Below are positions 30,230 to 32,000 of a DNA stretch of 32,000 nt, piece after piece. Position 1 is the first letter of the stretch; each line of letters opens with the position of its first letter. Source of the stretch: Candidatus Uzinura diaspidicola str. ASNER (GTDB lineage Bacteria; Bacteroidota; Bacteroidia; Flavobacteriales; Blattabacteriaceae). Location: contig CP003263.1 of the NCBI GenBank assembly GCA_000331975.1, forward strand, positions 30,001 through 62,000. The letters run 5' to 3'. The translations under genes were made by a program, and so were the position numbers. The notes beneath the pieces were generated by a model. The model searched no databases. It was not told the origin of the DNA and saw only the letters and a list, made by a program, of their open reading frames with translations.

Positions 30230-30282
30230 ATGTATTTCATATATGAAATTAGCATTTTTAAATATATATTTTTATCATTTAT

Positions 30283-32000
30283 ATGATAACACATAATTTA
30301 GGTTATCCTAGAATAGGAATAAATCGTGAACTTAAAAAAGTTACAGAACAATATTTGTCTGGACAAATAACTATAGACCTTCTATCTCAAGAAACACGAA
30401 AACTTCGTGAGAACCATTGGAAATTACAATCATTCCTTGATCTGATCCCGTGTAATGATTTTAGTTATTATGATCAAGTACTTGATATGTCTTTTTTACT
30501 TGGTGCTATTCCTAAAAGATATAGTCCATTAGTTTCTTCTGTTAATCCTATTGACTTATATTTTGCAATGGCACGAGGTTATCAGTACGAAAATATTGAC
30601 ATTCCAGCTATGGAGATGACTAAATGGTTTGATACAAATTATCATTATATTGTTCCAGAATTCTCATATGATCAAACTTTTTATTTATATTCACAAAAAA
30701 TATTTGAAGATTTTGAAGAAGCGAAAAAAGTCTTAAACAAAATCCCTAAACCTGTACTTATTGGGCCAGTTTCTTATCTTCTTCTAGGAAAAGAAAAAGA
30801 TAAGGGTTTTCACCGTATCAATCTACTTGACCGTCTATTACCAGTATACACAGAAATTATAAATAATTTATTGCAGAAAGGTGCTGAATGGATCCAACTA
30901 GATGAACCTTTTCTTGTGCTTAAACTTAAAGAAGAAGAAAAAAAAGCATTTTTAAATGCTTATTCATATATAGAAAAATATTGTCCTAATATTAAAATTT
31001 TAATTGCTACTTATTTTGAAGGACTTGATGAAAATTATTCTATGGCTCTTTCTTTGCCAGTTTCTGCATTGCATATTGATTTAGTAAAAAGACCTGATCA
31101 ACTTAATAATATTTTAATAAACTTTCCTAAAGGACGTATACTATCTTTAGGTTTGATTGATGGAAGGAATATTTGGAAAAATGATTTTAAAAATTCTTTG
31201 AATCTTATTAAGAAGGCAATTACTTTTTTAGGAGAAAGGAATTTAATGATAGCTCCAAGCTGTTCACTTTTACATGTTCCTTTTGATAAAAATATTGAAG
31301 AAAATATTGCTACCTATCTAAAAGATAGATTGGCTTTTGCCAATCAAAAACTTCAAGAAATTCAATATTTAAAGAATATCTTGGAAGGAAATAAAATGTT
31401 ATTTATAAATAATCTTCGTTCACAAGAATTTTTCTCTACTTCAAAACTCATTCATAATCTTAACGTAAAGAACCGTATTTTTTCTACTAAAGAAAAAGAT
31501 ATACATAGAACTTCTACATTTGTAGTTCGTAAAGAACTTCAAAATAAACATTTTCAATGGCCTTTATTTCCTACTACAACTATAGGTTCTTTTCCACAAA
31601 CAAAAAAAATTCGTAAATTACGATCAAATTTAAAAAAAGGAAAAATAACTTTAGAAGAGTATGAAAAAGAAATTAAAAATAACATTATAAAAATTATAAA
31701 TTTTCAAGAAGAAATAGGTATAGATGTTTTGGTACATGGAGAACTAGAGAGAAATGATATGGTAGAATTTTTTGGTGAACAACTTAATGGTTTTTTTCAT
31801 ACTAAAAATGCTTGGGTCCAAAGTTATGGCTACCGCTGTGTTAAGCCTCCTATCATTTATGGAGATGTTAGTAGGGCTAAAGCTATGACAGTAAATTGGA
31901 GTTCTTTTGCTCAAGAAAAAACAATAAAACCAATGAAAGGTATGCTAACTGGACCTTTAACTATTTTACAGTGGTCCTTTGTCAGAGATGATCAAGATAG
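30283..32000 (+). CDS. metE: Cobalamin-independent methionine synthase (5-methyltetrahydropteroyltriglutamate--homocysteine methyltransferase), 3'-partial at window end
   Basis: I translated this manually, as it is not in the ORF track because no stop is reached. It reads MITHNLGYPRIGINRELKK...MEMTKWFDTNYHYIVPEF...WIQLDEPFLV...IAPSCSLLHVP...TTIGSFPQT...DVLVHGELERNDMVEFFGEQL...TGPLTILQWSF. I saw no in-frame stop through 32000. Confidence 0.9.
   Translation, partial: MITHNLGYPRIGINRELKKVTEQYLSGQITIDLLSQETRKLRENHWKLQSFLDLIPCNDFSYYDQVLDMSFLLGAIPKRYSPLVSSVNPIDLYFAMARGYQYENIDIPAMEMTKWFDTNYHYIVPEFSYDQTFYLYSQKIFEDFEEAKKVLNKIPKPVLIGPVSYLLLGKEKDKGFHRINLLDRLLPVYTEIINNLLQKGAEWIQLDEPFLVLKLKEEEKKAFLNAYSYIEKYCPNIKILIATYFEGLDENYSMALSLPVSALHIDLVKRPDQLNNILINFPKGRILSLGLIDGRNIWKNDFKNSLNLIKKAITFLGERNLMIAPSCSLLHVPFDKNIEENIATYLKDRLAFANQKLQEIQYLKNILEGNKMLFINNLRSQEFFSTSKLIHNLNVKNRIFSTKEKDIHRTSTFVVRKELQNKHFQWPLFPTTTIGSFPQTKKIRKLRSNLKKGKITLEEYEKEIKNNIIKIINFQEEIGIDVLVHGELERNDMVEFFGEQLNGFFHTKNAWVQSYGYRCVKPPIIYGDVSRAKAMTVNWSSFAQEKTIKPMKGMLTGPLTILQWSFVRDDQD

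Overview
Very AT-rich, tightly packed window that looks like part of a tiny Bacteroidota (Flavobacteriales-type) obligate insect-endosymbiont genome. That assignment is inferred from protein and rRNA signatures only; no database search was possible.

- **1-18.2 kb:** folC, tRNA-Val, rsmH, RNase G, tRNA-Leu, then a translationally coupled histidine operon hisG-hisB-hisH-hisA-hisF-hisIE that has no hisD or hisC. After it come a decayed folD, rsmA, metG, one complete rRNA operon on the minus strand (16S, tRNA-Ile, tRNA-Ala, 23S, 5S) and queA.
- **18.2-24.2 kb:** a roughly 6 kb gene graveyard. It holds recognisable but shattered remnants of ispB (polyprenyl diphosphate synthase), ccsA (cytochrome c biogenesis) and a whole alternative complex III operon (actA to actF). 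Two small intact genes, a DUF3127 protein and sufT, sit between these remnants.
- **24.2-32 kb:** sufE, korA, lpdA, dapA, an rpoZ-like ORF, tRNA-CAU, fmt and metE, which runs off the window end.

I found no mobile elements, CRISPR arrays, prophage genes or defence/toxin systems, and I do not claim a novel system.

The most interesting signals are all signatures of ongoing genome reduction:
- A histidine pathway that appears to have lost its last three steps.
- A 12-nt x6 tandem repeat that copies the rsmA-stop/folD-start overlap.
- Coordinated decay of the quinol-to-cytochrome-c branch of respiration.
- A chimeric ORF created by a frameshift in queA.
- Two ORFs whose stop codons lie inside tRNA genes.
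- A mutated anti-Shine-Dalgarno tail on the 16S rRNA.

RNA and pseudogene coordinates are hand-derived and approximate, within a few nt for RNAs and tens of nt for pseudogene fragments.
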